DNA of 63,510 nucleotides, the filler included, from Alloascoidea hylecoeti (taxonomy: Eukaryota): assembly GCA_001600815.1 (NCBI GenBank). It is 6 parts of 6 records of this genome, joined end to end, with 100 filler letters (N's around TTAATTAATTAA, not from the genome) between each part and the next. Parts side by side here need not be neighbours in the genome. Positions count along the whole stretch, not along the records: positions 1 to 13,842 come from BCKZ01000023.1; 5 more parts are not named here. The stretch is one strand, 5' to 3'. The notes beneath the pieces were generated by a model. The model was not told the DNA's origin, did no database searches, and saw only the letters and a list, made by a program, of their open reading frames with translations. Of this stretch, positions 1 through 11,120 are shown in pieces (the first letter of the stretch is position 1; each line of letters starts with the position of its first letter). Both the position numbers and the translations under genes were made by a program.

Positions 1-1161
1 CATTATATTATAGAAAAAGGTTCTGTGTTTTCGCAAAAATATATAATTCAAAATATTCTGGGACAAGGATGTTTTGGAAGAGTTACTTCTGCTTATGATA
101 CGGAAACAAAAGAATATGTCTCTATTAAAATATCCAAATCAATACTTTCAAGTTCCAATCACAATACACAGTTTACTATTTTAAATATCTTAAAAGAAAT
201 TAGAATTTTATTAAAACTATCCCGGGATGGTCAATCCAAACAAAATGGATGTATGGAAATTAAAGATTGTTTTGTATTTAAGGGACATATATGTATTGTG
301 TCCGACTTGTTGGGGGACAACTTGGATACATATATGGCTAAAACTATTACTCAGTATGATCTAAATCCTTATACTGTGATGGCTAGTTCTTATAATTTGT
401 TAGAAGTCCAATCGATGATGGAGCAGTTGATTAGTTCCATATCATTTGTACACAATTCGGGGATAGTCCATACCGATCTGAAGTTGGATAACATATTACT
501 CAACAATTCAAATTCATTCTTTGTTCATGATAGTGGAATGACTAAAAGAAAGCTTTTAGCAGATTCTTCTGTCACTCTTATTGATTTTGGTTTAGCTGTG
601 TTGGAAAATGAAGGCCATCCTCAGAGGGTGTCTTGTCTGCTCAACCAAGCTCCTGAGGTCATCCTTGGGACAGGATGGTCGTATCCTTGTGACATGTGGT
701 CAATAGGATGTATGATGTTCGAATTAATCACTGGCCAAGTACTATTCGATATATGCGAAGATGAGGATGACGTGCACCTTGCAATGATTGAAAAAAGGCT
801 CAGTAAAAAAATAGATCCCAAGATGATTGCAAAATCAATCCAAAAAAGATCAGAAGCATCTCAGTATTTTGTATTTGATTATGATCCGACTGAAAGTGGA
901 GTAACCTTTCCATATGTTCTAAATTTCCCAAATACAGATTCATCGTCACAATCAAAAGAGCGGTTTTCAGAAACTGAAAGTATAGATGAGGTATTCGATG
1001 GAATTAAATCATCATTTTTAAGGAAACCTAGACATCAATCTGAAATCATATTTATAGATTCGATGAAAGATATGCTTAAAAAGTTACTTACGATTGATCC
1101 TTCAAAAAGAATAACTGCTGAAGAGGCATTACAACATGAATGGTTCACGATGGGAATTTAG
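1..1161 (+). CDS. Divergent LAMMER/CLK-family (Kns1/Lkh1-like) protein kinase, 5'-truncated by window edge
   Basis: Frame open from base 1 (HYIIEKG...). Contains GQGCFGRV, HICIVSDLLG, HTDLKLDNILL, LIDFG, APEVILGTGWSYPCDMWSIGC, HLAMIE (LAMMER-like) and DPSKRITAEEALQHEWF. Confidence 0.85.
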   Translation, partial: HYIIEKGSVFSQKYIIQNILGQGCFGRVTSAYDTETKEYVSIKISKSILSSSNHNTQFTILNILKEIRILLKLSRDGQSKQNGCMEIKDCFVFKGHICIVSDLLGDNLDTYMAKTITQYDLNPYTVMASSYNLLEVQSMMEQLISSISFVHNSGIVHTDLKLDNILLNNSNSFFVHDSGMTKRKLLADSSVTLIDFGLAVLENEGHPQRVSCLLNQAPEVILGTGWSYPCDMWSIGCMMFELITGQVLFDICEDEDDVHLAMIEKRLSKKIDPKMIAKSIQKRSEASQYFVFDYDPTESGVTFPYVLNFPNTDSSSQSKERFSETESIDEVFDGIKSSFLRKPRHQSEIIFIDSMKDMLKKLLTIDPSKRITAEEALQHEWFTMGI

Positions 1162-2039
1162 AATTATTCTAATTACAATATAAAATTTAACGATCATAAA
1201 ATAACTATATAACGTATCTATCTATAATTTAATAAAATAATATAATTAATAACTCATTGTAAATATCAGGTTATTTAATGACAATATAGTCTTGACCTAT
1301 AGCTATATGTAAACTGAAAGATGTTATATATCTTATATTACAATCTCAATGATAAAACGCTTTTCAAACGATTCGTGTTTATTGTAACTATTAAATGCAA
1401 AACAAGAAACTCAAAATACTTAGTAATAATTAAGTCTATTATGTTGAAATTGTTAGCATTTATTAAATATGATAAGATATCAATTGCAACTAGAAAACAT
1501 ATCGATGGTTTCCTTTGCATATATATCAAAAGATCTACAGTTATTGGTTGTATACCACAATTTCTTATGACTGAAAAGTCAACCAATATTGGGAAGTTCC
1601 GACGATTCTCATTCAGCTCTTACATGTTATTCTTCTTCTTCGTTTAACCAAACCTGGAATATGTAATGTTTCTTTGTATCCTTTCTCCATTGAATTTTAG
1701 GGATTGCGATGTCTAATTTTGGGCCTACACTTTTTTCAGCAATTTTGTCACCATTAATATTCAAACCATATCTTGACTTAGTGTTATCATTCTAAGAATT
1801 ATTTTCCTCAGATAACATGGGGATATTTTGCATACCTTATGGACAAACAGGCTTCTCAATTCTCATCTGTATTTCATGCATTGCTGGGGGTTCTGTTGAT
1901 TCCTTAATCTTAACCGAATCAAAGACATTAAAAATTATAATAGTATAGAATCTAAATTTGTCTTGATGATTTCTAAAAATACTCACCATAGTCATCAACT
2001 GGTTCAACCCAGGGGGAATACACTGCCCTATTATTACAC

Positions 2040-2195
2040 CTATTTCAGTAGTGTAGTTGCACGGATGAATTCTGGCCTTTAAATAGATGTATCTCTTCAA
2101 TTATAAATATATTACATTTTCTTTTTAGTCTTTACTGGATCTTAGATCATACTGTTGCACTAGCTAATCACTTTGCCAAAGGCTCCACCATATAT
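2040..2195 (-). pseudogene. Possible degenerate protein kinase N-lobe relic
   Basis: Minus strand gives IYGGAFGKVIS* (Gly-loop-like, ~2160-2195) and, with a frameshift, EEIHLFK/RIHPCN (alphaC-HP-like). No catalytic loop recognised. Confidence 0.25.
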
Positions 2196-2904
2196 GTGGG
2201 TAAATCAATAATAAAGATGACATTGTAGATAAATCGCTGATCATCGGTGTTGAGATCTGATACTTGAGTAAATTTTAAAGTGTTCTCAACACAAGTCTTA
2301 GTTGAAGTTAGTTCCATCTTTTGTACTGACATCACCTACACTCTCTGATTAGCTATATATAGTTTTTCATGGGTGTCTTTATTAAGTGTTATTTCGCCAT
2401 CTGGGCCAATTTTATTCTCATGTTTTAATTTATATATATTTCAGATTCAAATGAATAATCCATTTAAGACTAATTAAAAGATAATGATCTTTAATATTTA
2501 AGACGAGTAGATGGTTAATTTTCCACCAAAATATTTAAGGTGGAACTCAATATTCATCATACCAGAATTTTGAAATGCAATAAATGTGCCAATAATGTTT
2601 CAGAGCATCAAAAACTTTCGTATCAAGTTACTTTGCTCTCCACTGAGAATATGAAATTGCAACAAAAATTGAATAAAAAGCAGATAATTTTGGGTTTACT
2701 AGTCACGTGAAGTATTTAGATTATGTCACATGATGTCTCCATTGAATTCGAAGAGGAAAATGAAAAAAAAAATTCTTATAGCATATAACTCCATTGATTT
2801 CATCATATCTGATACATTTTTAATTAGTATATAAAAACCCTATTGGCTTGAATTTTAATTTAATCAATTTTTTGTTTTGGCCATATACTATAAAGCATTC
2901 AAAA

Positions 2905-4443
2905 ATGAATTTACAACTAAATCCTGAAGAATCACATTTTGGTTTTTATATAAACCCTGTTCCAAATTCCAATGATGATAATAAAAGTACAACTGAGAAT
3001 GAATCTGAGAGTGAAACTGAACATGAGATAAATATATCTTCTGATGATGGTTATAGTTCAGAAGAAAAGAAATTAACTAAGCAATCAAATTTTCAAATGC
3101 GATCAAATGCAACTATCAAAAATAAATCTTTAGATAAAGGTGATGAAAAATCAAATATCCTCGACAAATATTCAGATAAGATAAAATTTGATGAGCTTAA
3201 GTTGAAAAAGGGAAGGACGAAAGTGGATAAAGCTGATAGAGCTACATTGGACCAAGTTTTAGATCGAAGGACCATGGGGATGGTGAATAAGTTACAACGA
3301 AAAGGTGTCATAGATCAATTTAATGGTTCAATTTCTACAGGAAAAGAAGCTAATGTTTATCATGGAACATCGAAAGGTAAATACCCTCAGCTCGCAATTA
3401 AAATATACAAGACTTCAATTTTGGTTTTCAAGGATAGAGATCGTTATGTTAGTGGTGAATATCGTTTCAGAAATGGATATAGTAAACATAATCCAAGAAA
3501 GATGGTAGCTGTTTGGGCAGAAAAAGAAATTAGAAATTTGAAAAGAATACATCAATCTGGTATACCATGCCCAGAACCAATAGAATTAAATGAACATGTT
3601 TTAGTTATGGAACTTCTTGGTGATGATAAGGGTAATGCCTCACCAAAATTAAAAGATGCTCCATTATCTCCAGATGATTACCCAAGAGTTTATGAAGAAT
3701 TAATTACTTATATGAGAATGCTTTATCAAAAATGTCGATTAGTACATGCGGATCTAAGTGAATACAATACTGTTTATCATAAGGGGAAAGTATATATTAT
3801 TGATGTATCTCAATCTGTAGAACATGATCATCCACGATCTTTGGAATTCTTAAGGATGGATATTAAAAATGTTAATGATTATTTTAAAAAACAAGATGTT
3901 GATGTTCTTTCTGAAAGAACAATATTTAAGTTTATAACGGGAACACAATCTCAAATTCAATCAAGAGAAGAAACAATAGAAGATATTTCAAATCAACTTA
4001 ATGAAATTACATTAAATCATGAAAATAAAGGTGATTATGAAGAGGAAGCAGAGCAAGATGATATTGTTTTTAGATCAGTTTACATTCCTCAAAATTTAGA
4101 ACAGGTGTATGACTTTGAAAGGGACATTGATTTAATTAACAAAGGTGAAGGTGATGATTTGGTATATAGTTCATTACTATCTTCAAAGGTGGATACTAAG
4201 AATCAAGAAGATGGAGTTGATGATGATGAAAAAGATGAATCAAATTCAGATAGTGAAGAAGAATCTGGATCTGATGACGAATATGAAGAAACTGAACCTA
4301 CATCTAAATTGAAAAAATTTGAAGATAAAGAAGCTAAAAAGGAAAGGAAAAAATTTGCTAAAGAAGAAGCAAAAGAAAAAAGACAAAACAAGATGAAGAA
4401 ACACGTTAAAAAGAAGATGATTAAAAAAAGAACAAGAAAATAA
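2905..4443 (+). CDS. RIO1: RIO1 atypical Ser/Thr kinase (40S maturation)
   Basis: DKADRATLDQVLD, STGKEANVY, AIKIYKTSILVFKDRDRYVSGEYRFR, WAEKEIRNL, LVHADLSEYN, IIDVSQSVEHDHP, and an acidic then basic C-tail. First in-frame ATG is at 2905. Confidence 0.97.
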   Translation: MNLQLNPEESHFGFYINPVPNSNDDNKSTTENESESETEHEINISSDDGYSSEEKKLTKQSNFQMRSNATIKNKSLDKGDEKSNILDKYSDKIKFDELKLKKGRTKVDKADRATLDQVLDRRTMGMVNKLQRKGVIDQFNGSISTGKEANVYHGTSKGKYPQLAIKIYKTSILVFKDRDRYVSGEYRFRNGYSKHNPRKMVAVWAEKEIRNLKRIHQSGIPCPEPIELNEHVLVMELLGDDKGNASPKLKDAPLSPDDYPRVYEELITYMRMLYQKCRLVHADLSEYNTVYHKGKVYIIDVSQSVEHDHPRSLEFLRMDIKNVNDYFKKQDVDVLSERTIFKFITGTQSQIQSREETIEDISNQLNEITLNHENKGDYEEEAEQDDIVFRSVYIPQNLEQVYDFERDIDLINKGEGDDLVYSSLLSSKVDTKNQEDGVDDDEKDESNSDSEEESGSDDEYEETEPTSKLKKFEDKEAKKERKKFAKEEAKEKRQNKMKKHVKKKMIKKRTRK

Positions 4444-4544
4444 TTGCAAGAGTTTCATTCAATAAAATAGCATTTTCTTTCGTTTTGAACTGTAGTTACC
4501 TTTTTAATAAGATACCTATGTATAGACTCTTGACATTATATTGT

Positions 4545-4687
4545 CCTCCACTTGCACCTTGGCTACCAACCAAACCAGCCATTTCTAAAAATGCTCCTTC
4601 TTCACCATGATTTTTATTATTTATATTACTTCTCATCTTAGCCTCTCTTTATTTCCACTCCCATTGATTTATATATTGTTCATTCAA
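4545..4687 (-). pseudogene. Diverged copy of the RTC5 3' end
   Basis: Aligns by eye to 6291-6430 (cctccacttgcacc...accaaccaaaccagccatttctaaaaatgctc...tacttctcatcttagcctctcttt...ttgttcattcaa) with many substitutions. Confidence 0.85.
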
Positions 4688-5198
4688 GACATTTTTGATT
4701 ACCTTCTCCTGGTCTTAAGTGTAATTTAGGACTTACCCACCAACTAGGAACAGTTTGTATAATACTTCGGAACCCATTTATGTAATTGTTTTTCAGAACG
4801 TGTCTAATACTTTTAATTCATATTCACACTTGATCTAACACTAACTTCATTATCAGAATCATCATCGAGATTGTAGTATTTATTTTGTTATTGTTAAGTG
4901 GAAATTGTGGCTGCTGACCATTATTAACAGAAACATATCATTATTCCCAGTTGTTATTTATTTACTATATAATTTAAATCTTGTTTTGATAATGCTTGTA
5001 AAATTTCATCATCAATCATTAATTGTTCATTAACTGAATGTGAACTGAAACCAGCACCTCCATGATGGTTATTATCTAATGGAGTCTCTGAGCCATTTTT
5101 GGAATCATATCGTTGTTGTAAACCTTATGTTGGAGAGTGAAGATGAGGTGGTGGTAATGAATCAATTCTTTCTGATGAATCTGATGTAGGATTGTTAA

Positions 5199-5624
5199 AA
5201 CTAATCAACTGCTCCATCATCGATTGGACTTCTAACAAATTATAAGAACTAGCCATCACAGTATAAGGATTTAGATCATACTGAGTAATAGTTTTAGCCA
5301 TATATGTATCCAAGTTGTCCCCCAACAAGTCGGACACAATACATATATGTCCCTTAAATACAAAACAATCTTTAATTTCCATACATCCATTTTGTTTGGA
5401 TTGACCATCTCAGGATAGTTTCAATAAAATTCTAATTTCTTTTAAGATATTTAAAATAGTAAACTGTGTATTGTGATTGGAACTTGAAAGTATTGATTTG
5501 GATATTTTAATAGAGTTGTTTCCGTATCATAAGCAGAAGTAACTCTTCCAAAACATCCTTGTCCCAGAATATTTTGAATTATATATTTTTGCGAAAACAC
5601 AGAACCTTTTTCTATAATATAATG
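5199..5624 (-). pseudogene. Inverted, near-identical partial copy of the LAMMER-like kinase (bases 1-436)
   Basis: Reverse complement matches 1-436 except a 10-nt deletion (aagaatatgt), CGG->TGA (in-frame stop) and a few SNPs. Fused at 5198 to unrelated sequence. Confidence 0.95.
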
Positions 5625-6280
5625 ACCTTAATTAATCTTCAAATATGGTAAAATTTCTGTTTAATAATCTATTTAAAGGTAAAGAAATTGTTTCTCACTG
5701 GTAGCACTTAGTAATCATTATAATCTTAAACTTTATTTTATTTTCCTTCTCAGGAGCTGGATCAACTCTTTTCTAAAACTTCATATTACTAGCTAACTTT
5801 AAACCTTAGCACAAGCTAAAAACCCTAGGAATTGGATTTATCGTCTTTTGGACTAGTAAAGAAGAAGTTGAAAAGTATCTATGACGAGAAGCTACATAAT
5901 AACAAATCCCACCGATCACTGACCTTTAAAAAGAAAAACGGATATCATGACAATATAGCACTGAAGCCATAACCCTCAAAGTATACAACCGGACTTCGCA
6001 AGAACTGGATCCATCATTTTAATCCTCAAAAGATATTTTCGATATATCAAGGTTTGGGTAAGCGAAAGAGGTGTAGAAGTAACCAAATACATTGGGGAGA
6101 ATCTCATCTTACATGAGGATTTTATATTGAAAGATGTAAATCGGCCGAGTTTTTAAAAGAAGCTTAGGAAAGGTGGTTAGAATGAAAACATATGAGATAC
6201 CTGATGATCATCATCAAACATTACCATCTACCGGTATAGATGTATATTATCCAATAATAGTTATAATTAAACAAACAATA

Positions 6281-8268
6281 CTAACAAGACCCTCCACTTG
6301 CACCATGATTACCAACCAAACCAGCCATTTCTAAAAATGCTCTTTCTTCGCCAAGATTTTTAGTATTAATACTACTTCTCATCTTAGCCTCTCTTTCTTC
6401 CCATTCCCATTGCTTTAATTGTTCATTCAACTCATCATCACCACCACATCCCCAAACCTCAATATCTGTAACTGAAAAAATATCATCATATTCTGAAACT
6501 TTGGCATTTATAGGAAGATTTGATGAACGAAAAGTTCCTCCTATTCCTGCATGTCTAAATATACCGTATTCAAATGATTCATCTATAGTTAATGAAACAT
6601 TACCTGGTGCAAATATCATTTTTTTCCCACCAATAACTGAAGGAGGAGGACTACCAAATCCTATTCCTCCACCTGATCTAACAAAATATGCAAAGTTCTT
6701 ACCTGCTGACGATGCTGGAAATATATCTTGATGTGGTTCTAATTGAAATAATTTAGTTTTTGAATCACCAAAACATTGTTTATTTGATGATTTCCAAGGA
6801 CAATTCAAATAAACACCAAATTTTAATTTTTCTCCAACCATACTATGACCTTTTAAAGAATTATTATTTCTTAATTTTGAAAATTTAGATTCAAATGATC
6901 TTTGACCATTTTTTTTTAAATTTTCATTTTTTGTTAATCTTTTACCAGATATTAACAAAATTGTTGGTGCATTCCATTTAAATACTTTATTTTCAAAAGA
7001 TCTCATTGAATAACCATATTCTGATCCAACATATAATTTTTTTAAATTTTGAAATATTGTTTCTGAAGGGAAAATTGTAGCTAGTTGTGATAATGTCTGA
7101 TTATTAATTAAATTTGTTTCATTCTTTAAATGAGTAGTTGATCCTTCACCTTCACTTTCAGTTGTAACTTGTGATTGTTGTTGATGATCATGACCTTCAA
7201 TTGTAGAATGCTTTTTATTTGTTAAGTTATCACTAAATAAAAATCTTTCAAAAAGTATATATAATGGATTAAATAAATAAGGCATTGATGAATCAATAAT
7301 TAATTTAAATTCAAAATATCTTATTTTAAAATCACTAATATTATCATTTGTAAAATCATTATTAAAAGATTTTAATAAATTCATTGAAGTTTTTTTAAAT
7401 TTTATAATTTCTGTTAAATCAATTGATTTATCCTCAATATAATTTTTTAAATTTTCTGATTTTTTTAATTGTGAAATTAAAAGAATAAATGATAAAATTT
7501 CTAAAAAAAAATCACCTCTAATATAAAGATCATTAAAATCAATTCCATTATAATTTTTAATTAAATCACATTCTTTCCATGGTATACTACCAAAAACACA
7601 TTGAATTATTGTTTCATCTTGTTCAATTATTTCCCAATCAATTGAATTATAATTATAATCTGAATTGATTTTTTTAGAATCTTCTTCTTTGTTTGTTGTT
7701 GGTTCTGACGTTTCATAATTATCTGATTCAGCAAAAGCACTAAATATTAATTTTTCTAATATAATTGAATCATGGGCAATAAGTTTAATCCTACCAGTAA
7801 ATATTATAACTGCTTTTACTAAGCATTCAAATGAAAAAGTTGAATCATCTAAGTTATATGGATGAGGTTGAATATATGGATAATTTCCCATAAATAAAAC
7901 TGCATGATAAAGTATAGGACCTATTGAAGATGATGGAGGTAATTGTAAAAACTCTAGGCTAAAAAGGAAATCTTAGCTATTTATAGTGTACCAAAGATTT
8001 ATAAAGACATACAATGATTCTTTTGAAATAACAGTTGTCATATCTTCATTCTTGGATGATATGGATTTGACATTATCCTATTTAATTCAGAGGTTAGTTA
8101 TGGATTGAAAATCCAGAGTCATGTCAAACATTCAAATATCATGACACGTACTTTAATACACCATTGTTCGATGTGTTCTAATAGTTTATATAGTTTGGTT
8201 CCCATAGCAGTTGACATTTGTTTGTGAGTCCATGTCGTAGACATAGTTGAACTTTGAGCTTGTCCCAT
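6281..8268 (-). CDS. RTC5: TLDc-domain protein Rtc5; exons 8268-8152, 8077-8013, 7958-6281
   Basis: Spliced N-terminus MGQAQSS (myristoylation-like). Introns GTACGT..TAG and GTATGT..TAG keep the frame. Contains LYVGSEYGYSMRSFENKVFKWNAPTILLISG, EVWGCG and WEWEEREA...RAFLEMAGLVG. Confidence 0.93.
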
Positions 8269-8497
8269 TATTTGCAATCATGAATGAGTAATGGTTGAAA
8301 ATTGAATTAATTTATAATTAAAGATGGCTATAAGTGAAAGTAAGACGGTGATGGGGATACGTAGACTATTGGATGTTTTATACGATTTTTAAATTAGTTA
8401 GCAATCATGACATTTCCAAAATTATTTTAAAATATTATGTTAAAATCACAATTGAAGGATAAAACCATCATAAATATAAATTGGCTATATACATTAA

Positions 8498-9381
8498 TTA
8501 GCCTAAAAACATAGCCAATAAAATAACTGTTAATACAATACATAAGATCATCAACAAACAAAAAGCTTTCCCACGAGACCGTTTTTGATAATATGCTGCT
8601 TTGGTTAGTTCAGTAGCAGCATTTTTCGTTGAAGCTGATATATCATACATATTTGATTCAATATTATCTAGAGTGGATAAAAATATTAGAAGCAATTCAA
8701 TAAATATAGTTTGTGAAAGAAATAATTTAAAAACTTACCTAATACCACTCCTTGTTGAACTACAATCGCTCCAAGATCCGTGAAGATTTCATTCAGTTCT
8801 AGTATACCCTGTTCAATATTTTGAATCTCCTCTTCTCTTTCAGTGATTAAAGTCTGTTGATAATCAAATTCTTGTTGATTCATAGGTTCTTCTTGCATTA
8901 ATAACTGATTTCCTTCAGTTGTATCATCATCATTTTGTAACAAAGCAGCTTGTTCACGTTGTTCATTTTCTTCTAAAGCTGTCCTAGCTTCTAAAACATT
9001 TTGTTTCTCGGCATCTGCTAATTTTGTTTGTAATGCTTGAAAATCCGTGAATGCTTCGTTTATTTCCCTACTTAACTTTTGAATAGTAAATCGTTGCCCT
9101 GGTGTTGCCTCATCCCATTGTTTTAACCGGCGTCCTAATTCACCAAGACCTTTGAATTTAATTGTTGTATTTTCAGATAATGATAATGTTTTATCATGTA
9201 AATTATGATCTTTCCTTTGTTGTGATTTTAAGGATAATGAATTTATGAACTTGCTAAGTGTGACTAAATCTGTGTTTATTGAAAAAAGATCGTTGGATAT
9301 CGATTCCACTAGCTCATCAAATTCCGGAGAATCTGAAAACGGCTGTTGGGCTTCTAAAGATACTGCATCGTTAAATGACAT
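8498..9381 (-). CDS. PEP12: Endosomal/vacuolar syntaxin (Pep12/Vam3-like Qa-SNARE); intron 8668-8738
   Basis: Habc region, then SNARE motif EREEEIQNIEQGILELNEIFTDLGAIVVQQG, spliced (GTAAGT..TAG) to DNIESNM, then a C-terminal TM segment. Confidence 0.85.
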
Positions 9382-10539
9382 TTCTTTTGGTGATGATCAC
9401 AGAAACAAATACCATAAGTTAGATAAGCCTCGGTTGTAGTGGCGTTGTTGCTTATCCATCGCTTAGCTAATATCTTATCACGTGGTGATATGGTGTCAAT
9501 TAGGTGTCAATTTAAATAGCCGGGTAAGGGTACACCGATGCTTCATAACGCTGAAAAGACGAGTGCATCCGTTGTTAACCCATGTATCGTCCGAGAGGAG
9601 ACTTAAATTGAGACAAACTTGGTACATTCTGGATTATAATGATATGTGAATAACAGCAAATACAAGACAGATTTTTGTAATATGTTAATATGGTATATCT
9701 ATATAAGTTTAACTAATCACTTTAAGAATGAATTCTCTTTGTTGATTATGTATTATATTTTCGAATATAGTGGCCGTATAGCCACTAAAGAAGTTGTGAG
9801 ACCATTTGTTTGACCCCTGGTAATTATAGTTAATGAATTCAGGAAGTATTAGAAGATCGTAAAAAATGTTAATATAAAATTTCATATAGAACAGATATGG
9901 GGTGAGAGAAAAGGAGGAGAAAGTTATGGTAAATTCTACCCAAACACTACTATTAATCTTTCTAATGGACAAGACACGGTATATGAGAAAATAAATATGA
10001 CGTTGCGAATTTGAGAATAAGACAGATGAATCCAATGAAGGTCTAAGCCAAGTAAAAGCTAACAGATAATATAATAGGATACAGGTTATTAGGAGGAATC
10101 TAGACGAAGAAAATATCAATAAAAGCATACATATATCAAAATGCCTTGAACTCTATGTAGTGAAAGATCCATCGAATCACCATTTTTGAGCGCCTGAAAA
10201 ACATCTTGAGCCTTATTCGATTAATCATCATTATCTTTTTAAGCAGTAGCCATTTATTCTTCGATTCCTGCTGCATTTCAGAAGATGTCAATGAACAAGG
10301 AGTTGTGATAACACAAGGTTACTAATGTTTGAGAATAAGTCTTACACTAATATAAGAAACTAATACAAAGGTAGCAAATATATAGCCAAATTGTCAATCC
10401 AGAACACATTCATTGGTGAGTTCTGCCATCACAGCAAGTTTTAGCATCAGGAACTTTCGTTCTTAAAAAAAGAAGTAAGAAAACTTATTCACAGCCCATT
10501 AAATGGTTCCGGATGAATATTAATATAAATGAAGCGACT

Positions 10540-11120
10540 TAGGATTGTGTAAAAACTATCATGTCGTAAATATCCATTAATGAACATTTGATATTCTGAA
10601 ATCAACAGAGATTCCCCGCAAACACGTATGTCGATATAATAAAGAATGTGTCGAACCAGTCGGCCAAAAATCCATGTGGCCTCTTTGATTGTTTAAGAGT
10701 GTATTTAGATACTTTCACAACATCCAAGTGTATGGTAGATCGATAATCAGAGGATATGCATATGCATAGTAGTCACCCTACCCAGTGCTACAATGAAGTT
10801 GACCACCCGAAACATAGAGTATGTTTGTGGAGAAGAGGACATTAAAACTACTCGGTAATTTATAGCTTTCTTGAAAGGTTAAATTGTAGTTGTTTATTAA
10901 CTTGGAACTTGAAATAATGATGACGGTGAATATGTAGAGGAGATAAAATGATGAATGAACTGTGAAGATTACAGCTAGAATTTATAATACATTCAAATCC
11001 TCAAAATAACTGTTTTGATAAGACCCTGTTGATTTGAGAATATCAAATGTTCATTAATGGATTTATTTAATTACGATATGATATAGTTAAACAATAGTTG
11101 TTACACACAACCTTACGTAG
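10540..11120. repeat. Inverted-repeat-bounded element (MITE/foldback-like)
   Basis: 10572-10608 and 11026-11062 are reverse complements at 36/37 nt, with weaker similarity outward. Extra hairpin 11105-11120 / 11143-11158 (15/16). Confidence 0.65.

Noticed and set aside
1321..1647. Short AT-rich ORFs here and at 9709-10128, 33669-34852, 38582-38788 and 42155-42481
   Set aside because: No recognisable motifs and many non-ATG starts. The last two fall in the GH3 promoter and its inverted copy.
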